The notes under the pieces are model-generated. The model saw only the letters and a list, made by a program, of their open reading frames with translations, was not told the DNA's origin and did not search any database. Both the position numbers and the translations under genes were made by a program. Below are positions 52,300 to 64,000 of a DNA stretch of 64,000 nucleotides, in pieces (within the stretch, counting starts at the first letter, position 1; each line of letters starts with the position of its first letter). The DNA is taken from NCBI RefSeq assembly GCF_006345805.1, contig NC_043011.1, forward strand, positions 57,920,464 to 57,984,463, written 5' to 3'. Source of the stretch: Octopus sinensis (lineage: Eukaryota).

Positions 52300-52887
52300 T
52301 TTGCGTCATGTTTTTCTTTTGATATATATATATATATATATATAGGAGAGGAAAAATTATATAAAGGCAGAATGCTAAATTGAAGGTAAATTTTAATAAA
52401 AATGGGTGTATGGAAAATTTAAAAAATAATAACTCAAACCGGTTTTCATAACAAAGCAAATTTTCAAGATTTGAAGGGGGAAAAGATTTTTTTTTTAAAT
52501 TGAGGAAACGGGAAAAAAGAAATCTACAATGTTTTTTCAAAAAAATAATAATAAATATATACAAAAATTAAAAAATAAGTATACCGATGCATTGTAGAGT
52601 CTTTATGTTTTTTGAGTTCAATAATAGTCCTTGGAAACATTTCTTGGGAGGATTAACATACATGTGATGAAACGTGGTGCTTAGTTTAAGGTGTTTAGTA
52701 AAAGAATGTCTAAACAGGAAATGGGGTAGGAGTTATCCAGTTCCTGTGAGTAAGGGGAGACAACTCTGTGGATTTTATGCTCTTCAATTGGGATTATCAA
52801 TTTTTTGTCAGATAGGATGTTAGAAAAAAGGATTATGGTCATCGAGGAGTTTGCATATTAAAATACTTATTTCAGTAAATAGATTGC

Positions 52888-53255
52888 GAACATGCTGGAG
52901 CACCACTTTGAAAAGATTTAGTAGGACGAATAGAACGGTGGACATTTATCGAAGCGTGGTGCTTATTATATTATATTATTGACAGATCACCAAGTTACGG
53001 GGTCGTAAACACACCAAACCCGGTTGTCTATCGAGCGTTGATGGATCACAAGCACAGATAGAATCATACACACATACATACACACATACACATATACATT
53101 CGATTGGATTCTTTCAGTTTCCATCTAACAAATTCCCATATAAGGTTTTTGTTGGTCTGGGGTTATAGTAGAAGACATCCATCGAAAGCGCCACTGCGCG
53201 GTACTTAATCCCGGATGAGGTGGGTACGAAGCGAGCTTGTTACCACACTGTCACG
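52888..53255 (-). mobile_element. SINE family A, strongly diverged
   Basis: catgctggagcaccac...ttctttcagtttccatcta...tatagtagaagaca...gcttgttaccacac. Confidence 0.65.
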
Positions 53256-54390
53256 AATATATATTTTAATGCATAAGTCTATGTATCGTGATGACATTGT
53301 TCTATTATGCCAAACGTTTCCATTGTTCCTGAACTTTGAATCCATAACTGCAGAATAATATAGATTACTTCATATTTCTCTCTTTCTTTCTCTTTCTCTG
53401 TCTCGCTCTCTCTCTCTCCCTTTCTCTCGTGTTTTCTCCTTTTTTTCACTGATCCTATTATTTCTGTTTCTCTCTTTGTCTCTGCTTCTTCCCCGTCTCT
53501 TTCGCTATATATAACGTTATCCCTTCGAGTTATTACCTCCCTTGGTGTAATACATGGGCAAAGCAAATGGCATGCCTAAGCAAGCAGAACAATATTACAG
53601 GTGTTTTACCTGTAGCAAATTACAAACTAAAATCGATTTATAATTACATCTCATGTAAAATATATCCCGAAATCTACCAAGATTCAACTCTTGTAAATTA
53701 GTTAATGCGGTAGTGGATATTTTCTGTTATAATAGAATATTAATGTTTCTTTGCGTTCTACTCTAAATTCCCCAAACAACGAATCATCATCATCACCACC
53801 ATTTTCATTCTGATACTGAAGACTTCGAGATGTTGTAATTTTAATGGAGTCACATATTTAGGAAGGCCATTGTTCCGAACGAAACAAATATTTTACATGG
53901 AACATAATGGAAGGCCTCAATATATAATAAACACAAAGTCGTGATTTTAATATAGCGTATTTCAAAAAAGGGCTACAACTTATGCATATAAACAAAAATA
54001 TACATACGCACACACACACTCAGACACAGACACACACGCACACACATATATATATATACATATACGTACGGATGTAGAAGACCACACGCACACACATACG
54101 CATATTTTTGTTTTACTTGACATATTTCAGCCGACTTTGAACACTCACAGGAAGATATTGTAAGAATTAATCGATTTATTTAGTGGCAAGGTATTATACG
54201 CACGCACACACACACATACACACACACATGAGAAATATATATATATACATATACATACACAACCATACACTACACACGCACTCACATATATATGTATAGA
54301 TATGTACTTATATGTAAGTACAATATATAATTATATACGCATACATATATATATGTATATATATGCATACACACACGCGCATATATATAT

Positions 54391-54456
<66 letters not shown>

Positions 54457-54739
54457 ATATATACACATAGAGGCATACACATGCATACATTTACATATGC
54501 GTGTGCGTAACCTAGATATTCAATGTTCACAACGCAAAAAATATGGCATAGTGCTGTATTGACACACATAAGCAAACATAAAATTCATTGAAAATATAAG
54601 TATTATCTAATAAAACGTTTCTGGAAATAGTATTGTTCCGAATTGGCAGACTGTTTTCTTCTTTCAGCCATAGTTATTATCACTTCAGGCCACAAACAAC
54701 AAATATTCGTTTGCCAAAAAGCAATTATTTTTTACTCAC

Positions 54740-54924
54740 ATACAAATGAAGTAAACTTCTCTTGAAAAGCTGACGCCACTTCTTTGAATTTTTCGATAAG
54801 GAATCTTCTCGACGAAAAGGAGATGTGCAAAAGTTTCCATTATTCTGTTGGTACTGTACAAGTCTCGATTCATACTTGTTTTTTGGATCTCAAATTCGTT
54901 ACGCTGACTCGTCAATGGCTCCAT
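54740..54924 (-). other. Candidate first coding exon (MEPLTSQRNEFEIQK...SFSREVYFIC)
   Basis: gctATGG start, upstream in-frame stop, and the frame stays open up to a consensus donor at|GTGAGT; no family recognised. Confidence 0.2.
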
Positions 54925-54999
54925 AGCTACCGTCTCGGCTATTAACTTGGAGCCCTAGTAATCCTTTATAGCACTTACCTAGCGTACCTAATCTCTCCC

Positions 55000-55003
55000 T
55001 CTA

Positions 55004-55097
<94 letters not shown>

Positions 55098-55110
55098 CCT
55101 ACCTACCTAC
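55000..55110. repeat. (ATCT)n/(ACCT)n microsatellite
   Basis: Direct inspection. Confidence 0.9.
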
Positions 55111-55355
55111 CCAATCCGCTTCCCCCCTTTACACTTTACATCATGACACTGTGATACACGATCCCTATTGATCGTTTTTTCTTTTCTTTTCCTTTTTTCT
55201 TTTTTTTATTTCTTCTTTCCCTTTTACGATTCCTTTTGATCGAAAACCTACCCCACTTTTTTTTCTCTCCCCCCAAAAGAAAAGCTATACTTTGTAATCT
55301 GTCCCGTCTGTGTGCAGCCATGTGTGGCTAATAAAGAAACATATCTATCTATCTA

Positions 55356-55414
<59 letters not shown>

Positions 55415-55419
55415 ATATA

Positions 55420-55468
<49 letters not shown>

Positions 55469-56253
55469 TGCACGCTTATATATTTGTACACCAAGGCAAC
55501 TACTTATCATTACTTATAGGAAGCACCTACATAGTGGCCTCTCTTTAGTTCTCCCTCGTTTGATCTGCAAAATTTGTAGCAAATGTTATCAGATCCAATT
55601 CATCCGATTTGAAAAATGAAGGCCATGTCTGAACAATGCAGTCCTAGATTCGTGTATCTTAAAAATATATCTAGAAAAATAGAATTAGCAATGTAAAACG
55701 TATTCATGTGTGTTCTCTCATGGCTGGGCTGTGAAGAAACAACAGCAACAACAACAACAACATAACGAAAAAGAACCATTGACGTAATTAGAACGGCTGA
55801 CTCATCCTTCGCTTGTGCATTTTGCTATTTGAATACTTTTTGGTCATCCATAACTGTCTGAAAGTATTAAACTTTACATAAAATCTTAGCAAAGCTCTGT
55901 CATAATATATTCAGGGATATTTCAATCATCTTCTTTTGGAATATTCCTTCTTCTCGTTTCTTATACAACTGCAAGTGTTCTGTGATGCTGAAGTAAATTC
56001 GAACTGTTTTGTTCTGCGGTGTTCTTTCTCTCATTGTAGAAGTAAATGTATTAAAGTTGTGCGTAAACAAATATTCGAATGTTATTATTTACCTTTATTT
56101 TTGCAGTCTTCTTTTTTTCAATATAATTACATTATTTAGTTTATTCGATAAAAAAATTCTTTTTACTTGTAAACTGTTAAAAGAGTCATGTGGTTTTGAA
56201 TTGTATTGTTATACAGAGAGAATTAGATAAATACATGTGATGTGTGATATTAA

Positions 56254-56351
56254 GAGATAATTCGTAAAGTGTGACGTAATGCGCGAAAAAAACCCAGGTC
56301 AGGCCATCATTAGAAAACAATGATAAAAGTTCAAAGAAACAATAGAAGCAC
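56254..56351 (+). repeat. Local duplicate segment X (second copy at 61245-61353)
   Basis: gagataattcgtaaa(g/a)tgtgacgtaatgcgcgaaaaa...caggccatca...aaacaatgataaaagttcaaagaaacaa(t/g)agaagcac. Confidence 0.8.
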
Positions 56352-56608
56352 ACTTATGCATTGTATTAATGCAGAAGTGTTTGTTTTTATAAAGACAATT
56401 ATTTTTCTTTATTAACGCACGCCTCCTCGTGTTCTGAGCTCAAATACCAGCGGAGAATAAATTACCAAATAACTATTTAGAACGTCGTAAACGACTGTTA
56501 TAGGGAGCTGCCAAATTTAATCCTGAAAGTGATTGAAAACATGGGACGAAATATTTTGGGGTCACTCGCGCAATAAGTAGTTGAAATTGTTGTGAGGGGA
56601 AATGTCTC

Positions 56609-56890
56609 CGAGGGTTTCTCTAAGTTTATGCTCCTGAGAACCACTCTGCTTTCTGATCCAAACTTTTATTTTACTGATGATTATGACATCGTGTGGAAGT
56701 TAAGAACTTCCACATGTTGGAAGTTCTTAACAACTAGAAAGTTCTATCCATTCGGCACTTCCCTTTATATAACATTATGGTAATGTGTGCAAAAGTACGG
56801 TCAAAGGAGGCTGTACTTCTGTTTGATACGATATACACTACACCCAACCGTTTGTTCGTCGTCAGACATATCAATTGGCTATATGATATA
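56609..56890 (+). repeat. Local duplicate segment Y (second copy at 59265-59542)
   Basis: cgagggtttc...gagaaccact...tgatccaaacttttattttactgatgattatgaca...aaaggaggctgtacttctgtttgata...gtcagacatatcaattgg. Confidence 0.85.
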
Positions 56891-57589
56891 TCATTTCTTC
56901 TGATCTATGTCTCTCTTTCTGCGCTGATGGCGATTCATCGACCGAGAGGAGGTGAAAGCTTCATTGAAGGAGTTCTCTGGCTCGAGAGACAACAACTGGT
57001 ATCAGCGTGGAATCAAACAATTAAGAGAAAAGTGGTTTGGGGCGAAACACGCTGAATACTAACGCTGATTTTGTTGTAACTTTATAAATGAGGAAAAAGT
57101 TACCACAGTATTGCAAAATTTTTACTCAGTACAATCCAAAACAATGGGAAAAGTCTGTGTTTCATGTCTGTCAAAACACGTCAAACACAAGAAGAAAATA
57201 CGATAGATTCTGACACATGGCATATAGTTAGTTGAAGGCTTTCAATCAAGATTAACCAAGCGATTAGTAGAGCAAACCAGGATCTAAGAATAGAATAACA
57301 GTCAACGGTTGTAACTCCACAAAAAAAAAAAATAGTTGATCAACATTTTGCCAATAAAGTCAACAGAGTTCGAAGTGAACTCATTTGTTAATTTTGAAAC
57401 GATACTGGGGGAAAGCTGCAGTATGTTTTGATATAATTATGATTCCTCGGAGGCGCCTTGTTTTAATTTCTCTACTCGTTTGAAGTTATGCAGCGATGCT
57501 GATACATGCATGAAGGGTTTTAGGTGCACACATCCAGCCAAGTAATGTTTAAAAAAAATCTGGTCCTCATTCTGTCAATCTTTTCAGTG

Positions 57590-57750
57590 GAACGGCTAAA
57601 TTGCGGGATCGTAAGCCAAGTAACACCGGTTGTCATGTAGTCGTGAGGGACAGGCACAAACACAAACTCTTACAAAACCAAACGCACGCACACATATGGA
57701 AAGTGATTCCGCACGATTTCCATCTACCAAATTCCCTCACAAGTCTTTTT
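57590..57750 (-). mobile_element. SINE family A, internal fragment, diverged
   Basis: acaccggttgtca...gggacaggcacaaacac...tttccatctaccaaattccctcacaag. Confidence 0.55.
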
Positions 57751-58113
57751 TTCTGTCTTTGTCCTATTTTTTCTTGTGCTTGTGTGTATATAGACGTGTG
57801 TATGAACATTTATGGTGCGTGTGAGTTTGGGTTTGTATGTATATACATATACATTTGGCGGATGGTGAGCGTGAAGATGTGTACGTTTTCAAGTGAGGGT
57901 GGATGAATGTATACTTTTAGGCGCACGCATGCGGGTGCGCGGGCGCACATGTGTAGGTATGAACATGCGCGGTTACGCGAATACTATGAACTTACTTTTA
58001 CTCCCTCCCCTTACTTAGCGGTCATTCGAATAGCTCTTTTGTCTTAATAACGGCCAATCACAGTAATTTCCCTTTGTATAACGGTCATTTTTTATAGCAT
58101 TTTCCTATGGCCC

Positions 58114-58174
58114 GATAACTGAAGAGATGGCGGCGTGGATTTCCACCTCGGCATCCGAAACTCGGAGTTTTATC
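58114..58174 (+). ncRNA. Type I hammerhead ribozyme motif
   Basis: GAUAA CUGAAGA GAUG (gcggc GUGG auuu CCAC cucgg) CAUC C GAAAC UCGGA GUU UUAUC; perfect 5-bp stem I, intact core, one bulged C, ACUC/GAGU stem III; predicted cut after 58169. Confidence 0.7.
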
Positions 58175-58274
58175 ATGGCTACCAAATAATTGTCACATAT
58201 TACATTTACAGATAAATTCCTCTATTTACATAATATCGAGGTCTCTTTCTTTCTTTTGTTGTCTTACCATTTTT

Positions 58275-58339
<65 letters not shown>

Positions 58340-59683
58340 CTGAGAGGGAGTTCATAACGCATCATTTGTGTCATTAATAAAAAGATGACTGCTGAATGCA
58401 AGTCCAACTTGAACGTGACAGACTTGGCTATATGTTTTGTCACGCAGTATTTGGAGAGAACCACAAGGCTCACTGCTAGGGACATTGGTGGCGATGTAGA
58501 TTCCTAGATATTTGCTGCTTTCTTGATATCTTCTTATTGAGCGAGGAAGTCTTGTTCTAAACATTGTAGTATACGATTCTACAACGCGTTTTAGAGTAAT
58601 TGCTGGATTTTTCCATTAGTTGCCGGGTTTTGCGCAGTTTCTCATGACTTTTCCCCTTTTCCACCCGGAAAAGAAAATGAAAATAATCTGAACGTAAGGT
58701 TTAATCCCAATAGATTACCTTACTTAAGAAACCACGAACGCAAATATATGAAATAGGTGAAATCAAACTAAGAATTTTAAAATAAAGAATGCATAACAAC
58801 AACACAAATAAAGAAACAAAACCCAAACCCGAAACCTTTGTGAATGGAAACCATAAGATAAGCGAAGCACGTGCAAGAACAACGAAGTAAATAACACAAA
58901 CAATGTAATGATTAACAAGAAAAACAAAATAAAAAGTACCTGCAACAATAAAAAATAAAGCATAAATAAAAGGAATTTTAAGGAAATTTACAAACGAAAA
59001 CTTTACAAGATGGTGAGCTGAAGCAATAGAATTATATTATAGATGTTAGATTTATTATAGAAACAAAACTTTAAGTCGATTTACCATTTGAGGAACAAAG
59101 TTCGCGAAGATAACTCTCAAAAATCAAATATTGATAAATTTCAAATATTTTGTGGCTCTACAGAAAATACACTGCAATCATAAAGCATTTTCACTGCCTC
59201 GGTCATCACGTAAGCCATAATTCCGCACCACTTTGTGGAGAGGTTACAATTATTGCAACACCAACGAGGGTTTCCGCAAGTTTATGCTCGTGAGAACCAC
59301 TCCGCTTGCTGATCCAAACTTTTATTTTACTGATGATTATGACAACGTGTGGAAGTTCAATATGTTACACACTCTAAACAACTAGAAAGTTCTATGCATT
59401 GGGCACTTCCCTTTATTTAACATTTTGGTAATGCATGCAAAATTAAGCGAAGTACGGTTAAAGGAGGCTGTACTTCTGTTTGATATACACTACACCCAAG
59501 CATTTGTTCGTCGTCAGACATATCAATTGGTTATATGATATATTATTTAGACGCCAGTGAATGAAAGCCTATACAATTTCATTCATTCCTATGTGAAGGC
59601 AATCGTTTCAATTTAATTAGAATTATTAGATATATCTTTGTAATATTTAACGCCCTTTCTGCGCACAAAGCGGCGTGCGAACA

Positions 59684-60093
59684 TGTGGTAAGTAGCTTGT
59701 TTACCAACCACATGGTACCGGGTTCAATCCCACTGCGTGGCACCTTGGGCAAGTGTCTTCTACTATAGCCACGGGCCGACCAAAGCCTTGTGAGTGGATT
59801 TGGTAGACGGAAACTGAAAGAAGCCCGTCGTATATATGTATATATGTGTATATGTATGTGTGCGTGTATTTTTGTGTTTGTCCCCCTAGCATTACTTGAC
59901 AACCGATGCTGGTGTGTTTATGTCCCCGTCACTTAGCGGTTCGGCAAAAGAGACCGATAGAATAAGTACTGGGCTTACAAAGAATAAGTCCCGGGGTCGA
60001 TTTGCTCTATTAAAGGCGGTGCTCCAGCATGGCCGCAGTCAAATGACTGAAACAAGTAAAAGAGTAAAAAGAGTAAAAGAGTAAAAGAGAGAG
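59684..60093 (+). mobile_element. SINE family A, near full length
   Basis: tgtggtaagtagc...GGTTCAATCCC...gactgaaacaagtaaa(agagtaaa)n. Confidence 0.92.
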
Positions 60094-63000
60094 TATATAT
60101 CACGCGTTGCTTTTAGAGCTCTGTCAACCGTTCCCTACTTTGTCGGGACCCCTTACTGTTAAGTGGAGAGAAGCATTGTTTAGAGCGAAGAAACAATATC
60201 AAATATGGGAGCAAAACGTTTCTTTAAAAATTTGTTTCGTAAAATGCGTCGAATATCGGTCAACGGCTGATTTTTGATATCCTCACGATTTGCCAAATCG
60301 ATCATAAATATTGAGACAGAAATAAAAGCCCTGCAGTCGCCGCTTTCCTGTTATCGTTTGTAACATGTCGCTGGTAATTGATAATGAATGGACGGAGGTG
60401 TATGCATATCTCTAATAATAGGAAAGAACAAGTATTTTCACACCTCTGTCTTCCGTTCTTGTTCTGCTTCGTCTCCAACAAGATTTTGTACACTGACTGG
60501 CTTATTCACTCATATGTATTATTCTGTTCTCTATTTTTCTTCCATTGCTTTTCTAGTTCTCTTCTCTATTTCGGTAACCCCCTCCTCTCTCTCTCTCTCT
60601 CCTTTCCCTCTTTTCACTCTCTATCTCTCTTTTGTCACCTATTCAATCATCACTTTTCTTTCATCTCCGTTTCTATGTTTCAAGTCTTTTATGACGATCG
60701 CTCTAGCACAATTAACCGATCCTTGGATACTTTGAGCGGAATAATTTCTGCAGCAAAATATTCCAAACAAAAACAAATAAAAAATACAATAAATAAACCA
60801 TTTAACGATTTCTAGAAACTCTTGTAAAAAATGTAACTCGGTCAGCGTTGAAGCATCTCGATAATACAGATATTAAAATTTCTAAGTAGGCAGACGATTA
60901 CACTTTGAAACCAGGCACACAATTTGCTTACGCTTTTTTAAAAACTGATTGAAGGTATCGTATTTATGGCTACTCAATACAATTCATCAAGAATTCATTT
61001 CCGCACATTAATTTTCTCATTTGATAAAAGATGTGTTTTTTTACTCAGATAATTTTTTAAATCTTCTTTTTCAATTTGAAAATTCTTAGGTTTAAAAGTT
61101 GATATTGTTATATTCAGTATTTATTGTAACTTCTACACGCTGTTTGGTAATTTGAATCGGAAGATGTGAGATGTGAAGAGGCAAGATGTCATTTACACTG
61201 ATGTTAATGAATCTCCAAACCTGGTTTTCGATGTATGATGTTTGGAGATAATTCGTAAAATGTGACGTAATGCGCGAAAAACGAAAAAAAGAAAAACAGG
61301 CCAGGCCATCAGGGGGAAACAATGATAAAAGTTCAAAGAAACAAGAGAAGCACAAGGAATTTGGCTACAAGTACACACACACACACACGGGAACCTGTAC
61401 ACGCACACACACACACACGCACATACACTCGCACACCTACGGATACACACACCGACACATAGACACACACAACTACGGACACACACACATACAGATATAC
61501 ATACGTATTTGCATAATACATTCACAAATACACATATACGTATAAATATATGTTTGTGTGTTTGTATGTGTATGTGTGTGTATGTGTGTATGTGTGTGTG
61601 TGTGTGTAAATATACACGCATTTCTTACTTAAATATTTATTATTTATTATTTTTGTTACACGTCCTACAAATCTGGAATATTGTTAAGTGAGATATGTAA
61701 ATCCTTTATTAGCGTGAAATTACGAAAAATTACGAAATTACGCCAATTGCGAAGTGTTCGGAAGATCTAATTCCTTATTAAAGATTGGAAGAGGATAATT
61801 CTATGACTCAGCCGAATCCTTACAATGAATTTGGTGTGTCATGTGGGAACATCTTTCTATTCATGTTATACCTCTAAGTTCTTTTGTCGTATTTGTCATA
61901 ATATTTGACTGAAACGATAAAGTCTCAATATTTGTGATATCCGGAACTCCAGCCAACTGTTATAAATACTCCACAAGCATTTACTAATGCTACATAGAAA
62001 CTCAAAACCTTATAAACACAATTGGCAGGCATGGGGAATACGTGATTCGACCAGACTATTCTTTACTGAATCAAATAATCCAAAAGTAATATTCTTCGCT
62101 CGAACACATTTTTCGGGCAACATCGTCGACTAAATAATGTTTTTAACTGTTTCTGGCAGGGTTAAATATACATGTGGCTGCAACCGAAAGACAGAAAAAC
62201 TGGAATGGTTCTAAATCTTGTGACACATTCTCAAATGACTTGCATCTATCAGATGAAATGAATCATAAAATTACATACACTAGAGTCGCGCTCATGTCTT
62301 TCCCAGACTCTCTAACAGACATTAAACAGAGTTGACACCTTTCTGCACGGAAGTTCACAGAAACGACAATTCCAGACAATATCATAGTTTAGCAATTTAA
62401 GATGGCGAGGCACCTGAAAATGTCAAAGAGAAGACGGCTTTTGTAAATGACATTTCTCTATTCGTATCTTATGATACTAACTTATATAAGTTTGTTGCTT
62501 ACGGAACTTTAGTGGTTGATTAGATTGTTCTTAATAATATACATATGTGTGTATTTATGTAATATATATATATATGTAAATGTGTGTGCATGTGTATGTG
62601 TGTATACATGTAGACATATGTATGCATTTACGTAATATATAAAGGGAACGCAGTGTAAATAACAGAGTCAAGACTAATTGAAAATAGAAGACGCAACGAA
62701 AATTTTAGGACAATAAAAATAAGAAAAAAGTGGAAATTTTACCGGTGAGTGTGTTATATTATAAGGCACGAAAAGAAACTGATTCTCTCCAGACACAATA
62801 GAATATGCTTCAACACACGAACTCATATAAAGAATCTTGCAAACCAAATCCAAAAACGAAATATATATATATACATATGGACGTATGTAGACACACATAT
62901 ATATAAGATACGCGTTTGCAATTTGACAATGAAATATTTAAGGTCTTCAAATTGTAACCGGATGCAGACTATGTTGTGACTCACCTTTCTATTTACAGCC

Positions 63001-64000
63001 AAGCAGCCTTGTCAGTTTTCCTCCCATTCTAAATGCTATAAAATATTTACTAAAAAGTGTCCAAAATGCGATTCACGCCGTTAGAACCCTTAATAACTGT
63101 ACCGTAAGTTGACCGCTATTTAAATTCTGGAGAAGAAAGGAAATGCAATTGCAAAAGTTGTGAATCTGATAGGAAGAAGTCGACAATTCATACAGATTCC
63201 TGCACGCCAAATTATGTAATTATATGATTGTGGTCGTCTTGCCGGAATTGTATTGGGCTTATGTTGTTAGTACAAAAATCTAAAGTTTAAAGATTAGAAA
63301 AGGGTGAACATGAAAGGGGAGAATGAAAAAAAATATAAGAATTATGTTTAATTTGATAGAAACAAGCGTGGTTTATATATCTGCAAGGAAACGTAACTAT
63401 ATTCTTATTTGAAGTATGTTTTCTCCAACACCAACCACGTCAGTCAAATCGGTAGATAATATTAATGAGAATAATGGAATACGTGATGCAGAGACAGGAA
63501 GCGACTAGATTCAACAAGAAAATCCAGACACAGTATATGGAAGTCAAAGGTGAGAGTATAAAAAAAAGCAGATACCTGCAGTGTATATCTCTTTAATAGA
63601 AAGCAAGGATCAAGCCAGATATAATTAAGAAGACAAATATAACATGAAAGAGAGGGTTTAGTGAAAAAGGGATTAAATGCAACAAGAGCCAACAATAGCA
63701 ACAACAACAACCACAGCAATAACAAAATGAATACTCTTTATTTGCAATAAATAAAGATGGCTACACTGAAGAAAAAGAATTACGTGAATACAAAATTCAA
63801 AATATGTTTAGCTAATGAAATGGCGAAATGTTTGAACTTTTAGATATCTGTAAATAAAAATGTCGCATTAGAAAAAAAATATAATCAAAGACGAATATGA
63901 ACTGAGAAAAAATAAAATTTGAGAAATATATAACATTTAGTTGTATTTTAAACAATAAGGTTTACGAAAATAATGAAGGCGTACAGAGAAAAGATTTTTG

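Larger units (their letters stand above)
51781..52322 (+). repeat. Tandem dimer of a 292-bp unit bounded by (TA)n, each unit carrying a hammerhead
   Basis: cgagtgaaaaatggg... starts at 51781 and 52073; the non-microsatellite parts are identical as read. Confidence 0.92.

Noticed and set aside
58123-58133. AGATGGCGGC as a YY1 site or ATG GCG GCG gene start
   Set aside because: The ORF is only 20 codons with no donor; the bases are better explained as hammerhead stem II

Overview
Repeat-dominated, AT-rich animal genomic DNA, most likely an octopus (inferred from several tRNA-headed SINE families of the cephalopod type and an extreme microsatellite load). It reads as intronic or intergenic. I can identify no intact known protein-coding gene: almost all ORFs in the track are microsatellite or SINE read-throughs. 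Supported content: about 30 SINE copies or fragments from about 5 families, one CR1/L2-group LINE 3' fragment, a pogo/Tigger-like MITE, an AT-rich foldback element, local tandem and inverted duplications, and a few low-confidence spliced-exon candidates on the minus strand. The main unexpected signal is a dense set of type I hammerhead-ribozyme motifs of the Penelope-like-element style, with short palindromic stem III: 14 motifs in about 9 sequence contexts. They include a fully canonical core at 30406-30463, a 292-bp tandem dimer carrying one hammerhead per unit (retrozyme-like, 51781-52322), and hammerheads inside inverted-repeat structures (4922-5527, 30153-30659). All folds were read by eye and none has been computed or tested.
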